Source: an uncultured Bacteroidales bacterium (GTDB lineage Bacteria > Bacteroidota > Bacteroidia > Bacteroidales > CAYRRV01). Taken from it: DNA of 64,000 nt. Below the pieces are notes generated by a model. It saw nothing but the letters and a program-made list of their open reading frames with translations. It made no database searches and had not been told where the DNA came from. Position 1 is the stretch's first letter; every line of letters starts with the position of its first letter. Shown one piece after another: positions 8,816-18,679 of this stretch. The stretch spans positions 212,538-276,537 of the forward strand of contig CAYRRV010000001.1 of assembly GCA_964426725.1 (NCBI GenBank). Direction: 5' to 3'. The position numbers and the translations under genes are program-made.

Positions 8816-11167
8816 ATGATAGTTATGTCTGAAAACAGTTGTAAACGCAAGTATATCATTATTTTCTGGAGCTTGTTTGCTTTACCTTTTTTAATACTGG
8901 CATTGATGATTACTCTTGTTGCAACGGGTAGATTTGGCTATATGCCAGATTTCAAGGAATTGGAAAACCCGCAACGAAACATTGCCTCAGAATTAATTAC
9001 CGCTGATAACAAAGTATTGGGTAATTATTACAATGAGAACCGAACCTTTGTTCGCTACGAGGATCTGTCGCCCTATCTCGAACAGGCACTTGTTGCTACT
9101 GAAGATATCAGGTTTTACAATCATTCCGGCATTGATGGACGCAGTCTTATAAGAGTGGCCTTAAAAACCATCCTCATGGGTCAATCCAGTGCCGGTGGTG
9201 GTAGTACTATTACTCAACAGCTTGCCAAAAATCTTTTCCCGAGAGATACAACGTTACAAAGTCGGAGAATAGCCCAAAAGCTTAATCTTGTTAGAAATAA
9301 ATTTAAGGAGTGGGTAACGGCTGTTAAGCTGGAGAGAAATTACACGAAGAAGGAAATTCTTTTGATGTATTACAACACGGTACCATTTGGGCATCTTTCG
9401 TTTGGTATTAAATCGGCATCCCATACCTTTTTCAATAAAACGCCTGATTCTCTTACCATTGAAGAAGCTGCAGTTTTAGTCGGTTTATTGAAAGCTCCCA
9501 CGAGATATAGTCCCGTCTTGAATCCTGAAAATGCTATCAGCAGGAGAAACATTGTTTTAGGGCAAATGATGAAGTATAAATATATTACCCCGGAAGAGTT
9601 TGACTCTCTCACCAACATGCCGATAAATCTGGATTACCGGGTGCAGGATCATAATGTAGGACATGGAACTTATTTCAGGGAATATTTGCGAATTATTCTT
9701 ACTGCTAAAAAGCCCGAGCGAAAAATGTACCGCTCATACAAGAGTTATCAGGAAGACAGCATTGATTGGGTTACCAACCCACTATTCGGGTGGTGCAACA
9801 AAAACATTAAACCAGATGGTACCCCGTATGATCTTTACAGGGACGGGCTCAAGATTTATACCCCGGTAAATTATACTATGCAAAAGTATGCTGAAGAAGC
9901 TGTAAAGGAACATTTGGGAGGGTACTTGCAGGACCTTTTTTTCAGGGAGATGAAGGGTTATAGTAAAGCTCCTTTTTCCAAGGAGCTCACAAAAAAAGAG
10001 ATTGATAAAATCATGCAGGGTGCTGTTCAGAGTTCAGATAGATACCGCTTGCTCAGGTTAAGGGGTATTTCAAAGGATTCCATCATGGAAGTATTCAATA
10101 CGCCTGCAGAGATGAAAGTTTTTTCATGGGAGGGAGAAAAAGATACAGTTATGACCCCGCTAGATTCCATAAAATATATCAAGCATTTTCTTCATGCCGG
10201 GTTCATGGCTTTAAATCCGATAAATGGTGAAATCAAAGCTTACGTTGGGGGGATTAACTTCAGGAATTTTAAATATGATCATGTTAAGATAGGGCGAAGA
10301 CAGGTAGGCAGCACCATCAAGCCTTTCTTGTATACCCTTGCCTACCAGGAAGGGTATAAACCATGTGATAAGGTTCCTAATGTGCCGGTTATCTTTCAAG
10401 TGAATGATTCAACCTGGTCACCCCGAAATGCTGGTCTTGAAGAATACGAGGGAAAGATGGTTACCCTGAAATGGGGATTAGCCAACTCGGTAAATTATAT
10501 TTCTGCATGGGTGATGAAACAATTTAATCCTCAATCTGTAATCAAGATCATGCGTGACATGGGCGTTGAAAGTTATATTGATCCGGTACCCAGCATGGTG
10601 CTTGGTACTCCCGATATTTCTCTTTACGAGATTGTTTCTGCTTATGGGACTTTCGCGAACAAGGGAATTCACACGTCCCCATTATTCGTGAAGCGGATTG
10701 AAGATAAAAACGGGAACGTTATCAGCACTTTCAAGCCTCAAAAAGCAGAAGTGATAAACGAAGTAACAGCTTATCTAATGATAGAATCTCTTAAAACAGT
10801 TGTTGATCAGGGCACTGCCGGCAGATTAAGATATGTTTACGAATTTGAAAATGAAATAGCAGGTAAGACCGGGACTACTCAAAATTATTCGGATGGCTGG
10901 TTTGTTGGAATAACACCCGATTTAGTTGGAGGTGCCTGGGTAGGAGGAAAGCAACGTTCAATTCATTTTGACAGCAACCTCGGTTATGGTTCAAACATGG
11001 CATTGCCAATTTATGGAATATTCATGAAAAAGGTTTTGTCCGATTCTACTTTGAACGTGTCAAAGGAACCTTTTGAAAGACCGGATGGTTTTAACGTGAA
11101 TCTTGATTGTGATGAACCTGATATTGGAGGGTCATCGGATGATTATGACATTTTCAGTCCTTATTAA
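8816..11167 (+). CDS. mrcA: Penicillin-binding protein 1A (bifunctional glycosyltransferase/transpeptidase)
   Basis: N-terminal TM anchor. GT51 motifs EDIRFYNHSGID and GGSTITQQLAKN. Transpeptidase motifs STIKPF and KTGTT. Confidence 0.9.
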   Translation: MIVMSENSCKRKYIIIFWSLFALPFLILALMITLVATGRFGYMPDFKELENPQRNIASELITADNKVLGNYYNENRTFVRYEDLSPYLEQALVATEDIRFYNHSGIDGRSLIRVALKTILMGQSSAGGGSTITQQLAKNLFPRDTTLQSRRIAQKLNLVRNKFKEWVTAVKLERNYTKKEILLMYYNTVPFGHLSFGIKSASHTFFNKTPDSLTIEEAAVLVGLLKAPTRYSPVLNPENAISRRNIVLGQMMKYKYITPEEFDSLTNMPINLDYRVQDHNVGHGTYFREYLRIILTAKKPERKMYRSYKSYQEDSIDWVTNPLFGWCNKNIKPDGTPYDLYRDGLKIYTPVNYTMQKYAEEAVKEHLGGYLQDLFFREMKGYSKAPFSKELTKKEIDKIMQGAVQSSDRYRLLRLRGISKDSIMEVFNTPAEMKVFSWEGEKDTVMTPLDSIKYIKHFLHAGFMALNPINGEIKAYVGGINFRNFKYDHVKIGRRQVGSTIKPFLYTLAYQEGYKPCDKVPNVPVIFQVNDSTWSPRNAGLEEYEGKMVTLKWGLANSVNYISAWVMKQFNPQSVIKIMRDMGVESYIDPVPSMVLGTPDISLYEIVSAYGTFANKGIHTSPLFVKRIEDKNGNVISTFKPQKAEVINEVTAYLMIESLKTVVDQGTAGRLRYVYEFENEIAGKTGTTQNYSDGWFVGITPDLVGGAWVGGKQRSIHFDSNLGYGSNMALPIYGIFMKKVLSDSTLNVSKEPFERPDGFNVNLDCDEPDIGGSSDDYDIFSPY

Positions 11168-12861
11168 TCGATACCTGGTACAGAAGATATAAGAACCTTG
11201 AGGTATTGTGTTTCAGGAGATTGAAACAGGATATCTGTTTTTCCTTTTTCTACAATTTTCCCTTCTTTCATCACGAGGATCCTGTCCGCCATATGCCGGA
11301 TAACAGATAAATCATGTGAAATAAAAAGATAGGTTAGTTTCATTTCATCTTTCAGATCATTTAAGAGATTTAAAACTTGTGCCTGAAGTGATACATCCAG
11401 CGCGGAGACCGATTCATCACAGATAACGAATTCCGGGTTAATAATTAATGCTCTTGCTATCACGATTCTTTGACGTTGTCCACCCGAGAACTGATGAGGG
11501 TACTTAAACATATCTTTTTCGCGTAAGGAAACTTTATTCAGGATATCAATTATCTTTTCACGGATTTCATCTTTTGTTAAACCTGGAAAGTGAACATTTA
11601 GCGGCTCGGAAAGTGTTTGTATTATGTTTAACCGGGGATTTAAAGAAGAATAAGGGTCCTGAAAAATGAGTTGAATTTTTCTTCTTAAATTTCTAAGGTC
11701 TCTTGCATTGAGTTTATAAAGTGAGATGCCATTATAAATAACTTCTCCCTGATTAGCCCTGATTAGTTGAAGAATCAAACGACCTAGCGTGGTTTTCCCG
11801 CATCCGGATTCACCAACCAGTCCTACTGTTTCACCTTTTTTTACTGAGAAGGAGACATTATCAACCGCAGGTGTATAGGAAACAGGATTTCCTAAAAGAT
11901 TTTTTTGTTTGACAAAGAGTTTTTTCACATTTTTAATTTGCAGAAGGATTTCTCCATTGGTCTCAGGTGGCGGGTTGATTCTTTTAGATTTATCTTTATT
12001 CCCGGTATTCGGGGTCTTTTTTACAAAGTCATCTATAACCGGGAGGCGTTTTTTTCTACCTGAAATCGAAGGGCGGCATGCTATCAGGCCTTTGGTATAA
12101 GGATCACGCGGGTGAGTTAATATCTCATTTGTTTTTCCTTTCTCAACAATTTTTCCCTCTTTCATCACGATGATGTCGTGGGCAATTTCTTTGATTACAC
12201 CCAAATCATGTGAAATAAACAGGAGACTCATTTTGAATTTTTCCTGTAGTTCGCGGAGTAATGTAATAATAGATTTTTGAACAGTTACATCCAGGGCAGT
12301 TGTTGGCTCGTCAGCAATAAGCAGTTGGGGATCATTAGCCAGTGCAGTCGCGATCATTACTCTCTGTCTTTGTCCTCCCGAGAGTTGATGCGGGTAAGCA
12401 TTAAAGATCCTGTCGGGTTCGGGGAGTTTAACTTCTTCAAACAAGGTAAGCACTCTTTCTTTTATTTCTTTTTTATCGCGGTTACCATGTATAGCCATGG
12501 GTTCACCGGCCTGAATTCCACATTTCATCGATGGATTGAGAGATGTCATGGGTTCCTGAAATATCATGCCAGTATATTTTCCTCTTATTTTTTTCAGATG
12601 GTATTCCGGTAAGTTATACAGGTTAATGGTATCATCATTAATTTTGAGGAGAGCCATGCCATTTTTTATTTCAACTCCGGGCGGTAATAAACCATTAACA
12701 GATAGGGCAGTAAGAGACTTCCCGGATCCGGATTCTCCCACGATTCCTAATGTTTTTCCCGTGTCTATTGCAAAAGAGGCATTCTCTACCAGTGAAATAC
12801 TGGTTTCACCCTGGGTTGTAATAGTTAAATTTTGAACCGATAATAAAATCTGTTCATTCAT
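11164..12861 (-). CDS. Fused double ABC transporter ATP-binding protein (Dpp/Opp-type, GsiA/YejF-like)
   Basis: Two Walker A motifs (GESGSGKS, GESGCGKT). Two LSGGQRQR signatures. Two Walker B motifs (LLIADEPT, FVICDES). No permease or binding-protein gene is adjacent. Confidence 0.85.
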   Translation of the reverse strand: MNEQILLSVQNLTITTQGETSISLVENASFAIDTGKTLGIVGESGSGKSLTALSVNGLLPPGVEIKNGMALLKINDDTINLYNLPEYHLKKIRGKYTGMIFQEPMTSLNPSMKCGIQAGEPMAIHGNRDKKEIKERVLTLFEEVKLPEPDRIFNAYPHQLSGGQRQRVMIATALANDPQLLIADEPTTALDVTVQKSIITLLRELQEKFKMSLLFISHDLGVIKEIAHDIIVMKEGKIVEKGKTNEILTHPRDPYTKGLIACRPSISGRKKRLPVIDDFVKKTPNTGNKDKSKRINPPPETNGEILLQIKNVKKLFVKQKNLLGNPVSYTPAVDNVSFSVKKGETVGLVGESGCGKTTLGRLILQLIRANQGEVIYNGISLYKLNARDLRNLRRKIQLIFQDPYSSLNPRLNIIQTLSEPLNVHFPGLTKDEIREKIIDILNKVSLREKDMFKYPHQFSGGQRQRIVIARALIINPEFVICDESVSALDVSLQAQVLNLLNDLKDEMKLTYLFISHDLSVIRHMADRILVMKEGKIVEKGKTDILFQSPETQYLKVLISSVPGID

Positions 12862-13315
12862 GGATTTTTTTTTCTACAATTACTGTATTCTTATTGATTT
12901 TAACCTGCCATCGGTGACTAATAACATTTTTCGCGAACCGGTAGTAAAGTCTCGTTCTGATGCTTGCTTCGAGGGTATCTTTTTTTTCTTTAAATTCACC
13001 GGTTAATTCATATCTTTGGGTGTGGGGGTGATGAGTATGAAACAACCGAACGATTTCAATCAGGGTTGCAATTATCCTGTAAAGTTCACCCTTGTTGGTT
13101 ACAGGGTATTCTTCTTCGTCAAATTCATCACTGATCACGGAAAAATTAATGATATGGTGAAGGTAATTGTCTTGTTTCCTGCCGAATGTTACCTCGTACA
13201 ATAATCCTGAACCTGCAACAAAATGATATGTTGCACCTGAATCAATTGTAGGAGGTGTTATTTTGAAAGGATCTTTGAAAAATTTAAATTTTGCATCAAA
13301 AAGTTCTGCTACCAT
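12854..13315 (-). CDS. Hypothetical protein (no recognisable domain)
   Basis: ORF lying between radA and the ABC ATPase. The ORF-track start at 13330 is a TTG, so I use the ATG at 13313-13315 (MVAELFDAKF...). Its 3' end overlaps the ABC ATPase start by 8 nt. Confidence 0.5.
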   Translation of the reverse strand: MVAELFDAKFKFFKDPFKITPPTIDSGATYHFVAGSGLLYEVTFGRKQDNYLHHIINFSVISDEFDEEEYPVTNKGELYRIIATLIEIVRLFHTHHPHTQRYELTGEFKEKKDTLEASIRTRLYYRFAKNVISHRWQVKINKNTVIVEKKIHE

Positions 13316-13322
13316 TGTTTCT

Positions 13323-14675
13323 TCAGGCAAATATTTTTTTCACAAGAGAATCTATTTTGTCTACTTTTTCAATTTTAATATTATACTTCTTTTTTTCAGG
13401 TTTATTGTAAGATGAAAAAATGATTTTATCAAATCCCAGTTTTTCTGCTTCTAATATTCTGGCATCAATTCTGGAAACAGCCCTGATTTCACCGGTTAGT
13501 CCCACCTCTCCGGCCAGGCATATTTTCTTATTTACCGGCACATCGGCAGACGAAGATAGAATTGCACTCACGATGGCTAAATCCGCCGCGGGGTCAGCGA
13601 TTTTGATGCCTCCTGCAACATTCAGGAAAACATCCCGGGCGGCCAGTTTAAATCCGGCTTTTTTTTCCAGTACAGCCAGTAGCATATTCAATCGTCTTAG
13701 GTCAAATCCGGTGGAAGATCTTTGTGGAGTACCATAAACTGCTGTACTCACCAGGGATTGTACTTCTAAAAGCAGAGGTCTTATACCCTCCAGCACGGAT
13801 GCGATGGTAGTTCCTGCAAGATTATCTTCAGATTGAGATAAAAGTATTTCTGATGGATTAAGTATTTCTCTTAAACCATTGTGGCGCATCTCAAATATTC
13901 CCATTTCTGATGTGCTGCCAAACCTGTTTTTAGATGCTCGAAGGATACGGTAGAGGTGTTTTGAATCCCCCTCGAATTGCAAAACCACGTCCACGATATG
14001 TTCAAGTACCTTTGGACCCGCGATCCCTCCTTCTTTGTTAATATGACCGATAAGAATCACCGGGGTATTGGTTTCTTTGGCGTATCTTAACAGATGGCTA
14101 CTACATTCTCTTATTTGGGAGATAGTTCCGGGACTGCTTTCAATCTGACCTGTCGAGAGAGTTTGAATGGAATCGACCACGATAATCCCGGGTTTCAGTG
14201 CACGGGCTTCCGTGAGGATTGTTTCAAGGGATGTTTCCGGTAAAATAAAACAATTTCCATCAGGCATTCCAACTCGTTCGGCTCTCAGCCTGATTTGTTG
14301 CATGCTTTCTTCACCTGAAACGTACAGGGATTTCAATGAAGTATACTGTAACAATAATTGTAATGCCAGCGTGGATTTTCCAATCCCCGGTTCACCCGCG
14401 AGGAGAATAACCGAGCCTGGTACAATTCCCCCGCCCATTATTCGGTTGAATTCGATAGTATTGGTTTGAATTCTCTCTACAGTGAATCTCTCGATATCCT
14501 GTAATTTTACAGGTTTTGCCTTTACGTTACTTGTTGTTAAGGGATTTTTATCTTTCGATATAATTTCTTCAACGAAAGTATTCCACTCGCCGCATGATGA
14601 GCACCTTCCGACCCACTTGGGTGATTCGGCCCCACATTGCTGGCATACAAACACGGATTTTACCCTGGCCATCAT
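13323..14675 (-). CDS. radA: DNA repair protein RadA/Sms
   Basis: Zinc ribbon CQQCGAESPKWVGRCSSCGEW. Walker A GEPGIGKST. KNRFG motif. Lon-like C-terminal domain. Confidence 0.95.
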   Translation of the reverse strand: MMARVKSVFVCQQCGAESPKWVGRCSSCGEWNTFVEEIISKDKNPLTTSNVKAKPVKLQDIERFTVERIQTNTIEFNRIMGGGIVPGSVILLAGEPGIGKSTLALQLLLQYTSLKSLYVSGEESMQQIRLRAERVGMPDGNCFILPETSLETILTEARALKPGIIVVDSIQTLSTGQIESSPGTISQIRECSSHLLRYAKETNTPVILIGHINKEGGIAGPKVLEHIVDVVLQFEGDSKHLYRILRASKNRFGSTSEMGIFEMRHNGLREILNPSEILLSQSEDNLAGTTIASVLEGIRPLLLEVQSLVSTAVYGTPQRSSTGFDLRRLNMLLAVLEKKAGFKLAARDVFLNVAGGIKIADPAADLAIVSAILSSSADVPVNKKICLAGEVGLTGEIRAVSRIDARILEAEKLGFDKIIFSSYNKPEKKKYNIKIEKVDKIDSLVKKIFA

Positions 14676-15169
14676 TCGTCCTGTAGCTTATTAATAATTG
14701 ATGTGGTAGAGAAACCCTTAACCAGGGGAATGGTAATTACTTTTCCTCCTTTTTTCTTTACAACATCGTATCCAACAATTTTCTCGGGAACATAATCTCC
14801 TCCTTTTACGAGAACATCAGGTTGTACAATATTTATAAGGTTAATTGGAGTTTCTTCATCAAAAGAAATCACGCAGGTAACAAATGATAACGCGGCAAGC
14901 ACGATTGCCCTGGATAGCTGATCATTTAAAGGACGAGCCAGGCCTTTTAATTTTTTTACTGACGAATCCGAGTTCAATCCAATACATAAAACATCACCCA
15001 GTTCAGCAGCCTTTGCCAGGTATTCTACATGGCCGCGATGCAAAACATCAAAGCAGCCATTGGTAAAAACAATTTTCCTGGAAAGAAAACGCCAACGGGC
15101 AAGCTCGCTTTCAATATCATTGTATGATTTGATTTTTTTTAATATGACATCAAGGTTATTTTGATTCAT
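14672..15169 (-). CDS. D-glycero-beta-D-manno-heptose-1-phosphate adenylyltransferase-like cytidylyltransferase (RfaE domain II type)
   Basis: FTNGCFDVLHRGHVEYL (HxGH nucleotidyltransferase motif). About 165 aa. Its stop overlaps the radA start (ATGA). Confidence 0.8.
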   Translation of the reverse strand: MNQNNLDVILKKIKSYNDIESELARWRFLSRKIVFTNGCFDVLHRGHVEYLAKAAELGDVLCIGLNSDSSVKKLKGLARPLNDQLSRAIVLAALSFVTCVISFDEETPINLINIVQPDVLVKGGDYVPEKIVGYDVVKKKGGKVITIPLVKGFSTTSIINKLQDE

Positions 15170-15182
15170 GGAACATTCAGCC

Positions 15183-15536
15183 TTATTTCACGATCTTATT
15201 TGTATTGGTATCTGGGAAGATTATGCTGGGTGTAAAATTTTTAGCTTCCCCGAATTCCATGAACGCGTAAGAAATAATTATTATAATGTCACCTACAGCT
15301 ACCTTTCTTGCTGCCGGGCCATTAAGACAAATTTTTCCTGAACCTTTTTCACCTTTTATCACGTAGGTTTCGAGCCTTTCACCATTATTTATGTTAACAA
15401 CCTGTACTTTTTCTCCATCTATGATATTGGAAGCATCCATAAGATCCTCATCAATGGTGATACTACCCACGTAATGAAGGTTTGCCTCGGTAACAGTAAC
15501 CTTGTGAATTTTCGATTTTACTACTTCTATCATCAT
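15183..15536 (-). CDS. panD: Aspartate 1-decarboxylase
   Basis: [26 protein letters not shown], including the GS self-cleavage site. 117 aa. Confidence 0.95.
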   Translation of the reverse strand: MMIEVVKSKIHKVTVTEANLHYVGSITIDEDLMDASNIIDGEKVQVVNINNGERLETYVIKGEKGSGKICLNGPAARKVAVGDIIIIISYAFMEFGEAKNFTPSIIFPDTNTNKIVK

Positions 15537-15547
15537 AACCTACAAAG

Positions 15548-16399
15548 TTACGAATAAAATTTCATATTATCTATGAGCCTCACGCTGCCTGTTTTCACGG
15601 CAATAAAGGCCCTGGGCATTGCTGTCTGGTTCCAGTTTTCAACCGGTTGAAAGTTTTTTTCATCAACGATCTCAAAATATTCTGTCTGGAGAAATGGATT
15701 CTCGTTAATATTACTGACCACCCAATTTTTTAACGCGGGAACAGACAGTTCATTTCGTTTTTCTTTAGCTTTCGCGAGGATTTTGTTAATCAATCCAGCG
15801 GATTTTCTTTGGGTTTGAGTCAACAATTGATTTCTTGAACTCATAGCCAAACCGTCGGTTTCCCGGATTATGGGACAGGCAATGATATCAACGGGTAATT
15901 CCAGGGTACTTGTCATTTTCTTTATAACGGCAAGTTGTTGAAAATCTTTTTCACCAAAATAGGCTTTATCAGGTTTTACAATATCAAACAGGCGATAAAC
16001 AACCTGAACGACGCCTTTAAAATGGCCTGGGCGGTTTTTCCCTTCCATGATAGAATCCAGGTAGCCAATATCAAAATTTATTTCGTGGTTTTCCGCTTCA
16101 GGATAAATCTCTTCAATGATTGGTATGAAAACGGCATCACATCCTTTTTGCTCCAGTAAATGGAGGTCTTTATTTAGAGTACGGGGATATTTTTTCAAGT
16201 CGTTGGGGTCATTGAACTGCGTTGGATTAACAAATATACTTACTACAGTTATATCATTTTGTTGGTGTGAATGTTCCAGTAAACTTAGATGTCCTTCATG
16301 TAAAGCCCCCATCGTGGGAACAAATCCAATAGACTTTCCTTTTTCTTTTTTTTCACGAAGAAATATTTTTAATGCATTGATCTTGTTAAAGGCTTCCAT
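15548..16399 (-). CDS. panC: Pantoate--beta-alanine ligase
   Basis: GFVPTMGALHEGHLSL and FVNPTQF motifs. 283 aa. Adjacent to panD. Confidence 0.95.
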   Translation of the reverse strand: MEAFNKINALKIFLREKKEKGKSIGFVPTMGALHEGHLSLLEHSHQQNDITVVSIFVNPTQFNDPNDLKKYPRTLNKDLHLLEQKGCDAVFIPIIEEIYPEAENHEINFDIGYLDSIMEGKNRPGHFKGVVQVVYRLFDIVKPDKAYFGEKDFQQLAVIKKMTSTLELPVDIIACPIIRETDGLAMSSRNQLLTQTQRKSAGLINKILAKAKEKRNELSVPALKNWVVSNINENPFLQTEYFEIVDEKNFQPVENWNQTAMPRAFIAVKTGSVRLIDNMKFYS

Positions 16400-16512
16400 A
16401 GGTTAAATAGCTGGTTATTTTTTTTGTTTTCAGGGTGCAAAATTACAAACTCTTGTTAAAATCATCTCGTGTTGAATAACAGACTTTTTAAAGAATTTAT
16501 AATATTTTTTAG

Positions 16513-16520
16513 TAATTTTG
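16513..16520 (+). promoter_or_regulatory. Candidate Bacteroidota -7 promoter box (TAnnTTTG) for the glycogen-synthase-like gene
   Basis: Exact TAATTTTG, 30 nt upstream of the ATG at 16550, in the divergent panC/glgA-like intergenic region. I saw no clear -33 TTTG. Confidence 0.35.
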
Positions 16521-16549
16521 CATAATTATCTAAATCAATCTGGAAATAA

Positions 16550-17368
16550 ATGGAAAACGCGAAGATTTTATTCGTTTCCCAAGAGATTTTTCCTTACTTG
16601 CCTGAATCTGAAATGTCACTAATCAGTCGAAATCTCCCTCAGGGCATTCAGGATTTAGGGAAAGAAATTAGAACGTTCATGCCGAAATATGGTTATATCA
16701 ATGAACGGAGGAATCAGTTGCATGAGGTGATTAGGTTATCAGGGATGAATTTAATCATTGATGATACGGATCATCCACTTATTATTAAAGTGGCTTCTAT
16801 TCAGGCAGCGAGAATGCAGGTATATTTCATTGATAATGAAGATTACTTTCAAAGGAAATATGTTTTAACTGATGATCAGGGAAACGAGTTCGAGGATAAT
16901 GATGAAAGGGCAATTTTTTTTGCCAGAGGGGTAATTGAAACCGTGCGTAAGTTGCGTTGGGCGCCCGATATCGTGCATTGTCATGGATGGTTCACATCTT
17001 TTCTGCCCATGATATTAAAAAAGGCTTATCATGATGATCCATTGTTCACGAACGTGAAAATTATTTCTTCAATATACAATGATGATTTTAAAAATCCGTT
17101 AAATAAGTCATTATCTGATAAAATACTCATGGAAGGGATTGGTAAGGAAGACGTTGAATTAATCAAAACACCCAATTACCCGAATATAATAAAGAATGCT
17201 ATCAAATTCAGTGATGGTGTTATTATCGGGAGTCAGGAAATTGATAAAGATGTAAAAGAACATCTCAATTCAATTGAAAAACCAGTACTTCCTTATCAGA
17301 CAGAAGAAGAATATATTTGCTCTTACGCGGGTTTTTATGATAAATTATTAATGGAAGAAATTGCATGA
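16550..17368 (+). CDS. Glycogen/starch synthase N-terminal-domain-only homologue (GT5-like, 272 aa)
   Basis: KILFVSQEIFPYL...FMPKYG...DIVHCHGW resembles the N-terminal half of GlgA. The protein ends where the C-terminal Rossmann half would begin, and the KTGGL motif is absent. Confidence 0.75.
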   Translation: MENAKILFVSQEIFPYLPESEMSLISRNLPQGIQDLGKEIRTFMPKYGYINERRNQLHEVIRLSGMNLIIDDTDHPLIIKVASIQAARMQVYFIDNEDYFQRKYVLTDDQGNEFEDNDERAIFFARGVIETVRKLRWAPDIVHCHGWFTSFLPMILKKAYHDDPLFTNVKIISSIYNDDFKNPLNKSLSDKILMEGIGKEDVELIKTPNYPNIIKNAIKFSDGVIIGSQEIDKDVKEHLNSIEKPVLPYQTEEEYICSYAGFYDKLLMEEIA

Positions 17369-18672
17369 GAATATTAAAATCCTCAGTCTTTATAAGTGGG
17401 CTTGTTATCGCGGTTATTTTTACCGGAATAATTGGATGTGAAGAAGAAAGTTTTCTCGGGAAAGAACTTTTGCCATCAAAAGATAATATCAATGTAGTTT
17501 ACACGGACGATTTCGGGATCAAAGCAACTACTTACAGAATTGATTCAGCAGGTTCCGGAAGATCTTATTTTGACAACCCGGTTAAACCAAGTACAACCAT
17601 GATATCCAAAGGATTAGTAGGGAATTATCATGATCCGTCATTTGGCACCGGGAGTGCTTCTTTCATGTTTACCCTTCAGCCCCAATCCGGATTTTACACT
17701 TATGGTGAATCACCCACGCTTGATTCTGTTGTTTTATCTTTAGCAATTACCGATTTTTATGGATCGAGCGATCTAGAGATTCCAATATCTGTCTATCAAT
17801 TAAATACTCGTTTGCGGTTCGATTCCATTTATTATTCCAACTCTGATCCGGATGATTACGCGGACATGTCTGAAAGTTGGAGTACTTTAGCGCGTTCATC
17901 AGGTGATACGAATGTTATTTCAGTTCAGCTGAGTAATGAGATAGGTAACTTGTTAATTTCCGCCGATTCATCCACGAACAGGGATGTACTGAATTTCAGT
18001 AGTTATTTTAAAGGATTTTATGTCGCGGCCACCGGGAACCCGGCACCTGGTAATGGTTCTGTTCTTTTTTGTGATTTATTAAATGAAAAATCTATATTAA
18101 CTGTTTTTTATAATGATACATTGAGTACAGAATATTTCGTTGATGATATTTATTCACCCCGTGTTAATCTTTTCGACCATAATTACGAGCTATCAAAGTT
18201 TAATGATCAGCTTTCTGATTCCACGGCTTTTGACACCCTGCTTTATATTCAATCAATGGGTGGAACTGGCGTTCGTTTGTTGATCGAGGATTTGGACAGG
18301 TTAAAAGATTCCCTGCCTCTTATGATAAATAAGGCAGAACTTGTTGTTAAGAATTATGGAGAGGATCCTGATTTAAAAACATTTACATTACCCAATAATC
18401 TCACTTTAAGAGATGAAAATAATGCGCCTATCCTTGATGAATATCTTATCTCGGGTAGTGAATCAAGCCTGGGGGGGAGCTATGATGCAACTTCCGGGAG
18501 TTATACATTCCGGGTAACCAACTTTATCGAGAATATTCTTTTAGGAGATTCTGTTTCAAATGAGTTGAAAATAATAACTCAAAAAGCTGTCAGCAGTGCT
18601 TCAAGAGTTATTATCACGAATGGTACCGGTGAAAATAAAATTAAACTTAAAGTAACGTATACAAAACCCTGA
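17365..18672 (+). CDS. DUF4270-like lipoprotein
   Basis: Lipoprotein signal (FTGIIGCEEE). Ser/Asn-rich secreted protein. Start overlaps the upstream stop (ATGA). The glgA-like / DUF4270 / glmS synteny is recalled from other Bacteroidota. Confidence 0.55.
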   Translation: MRILKSSVFISGLVIAVIFTGIIGCEEESFLGKELLPSKDNINVVYTDDFGIKATTYRIDSAGSGRSYFDNPVKPSTTMISKGLVGNYHDPSFGTGSASFMFTLQPQSGFYTYGESPTLDSVVLSLAITDFYGSSDLEIPISVYQLNTRLRFDSIYYSNSDPDDYADMSESWSTLARSSGDTNVISVQLSNEIGNLLISADSSTNRDVLNFSSYFKGFYVAATGNPAPGNGSVLFCDLLNEKSILTVFYNDTLSTEYFVDDIYSPRVNLFDHNYELSKFNDQLSDSTAFDTLLYIQSMGGTGVRLLIEDLDRLKDSLPLMINKAELVVKNYGEDPDLKTFTLPNNLTLRDENNAPILDEYLISGSESSLGGSYDATSGSYTFRVTNFIENILLGDSVSNELKIITQKAVSSASRVIITNGTGENKIKLKVTYTKP

Positions 18673-18679
18673 TATATTT

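Noticed and set aside
17816-17826. Exact tRNA T-loop-like string GGTTCGATTCC
   Set aside because: It lies inside the DUF4270-like CDS. The flanking bases (TGCGG / CCATT) cannot form a T-stem, and no cloverleaf can be drawn.
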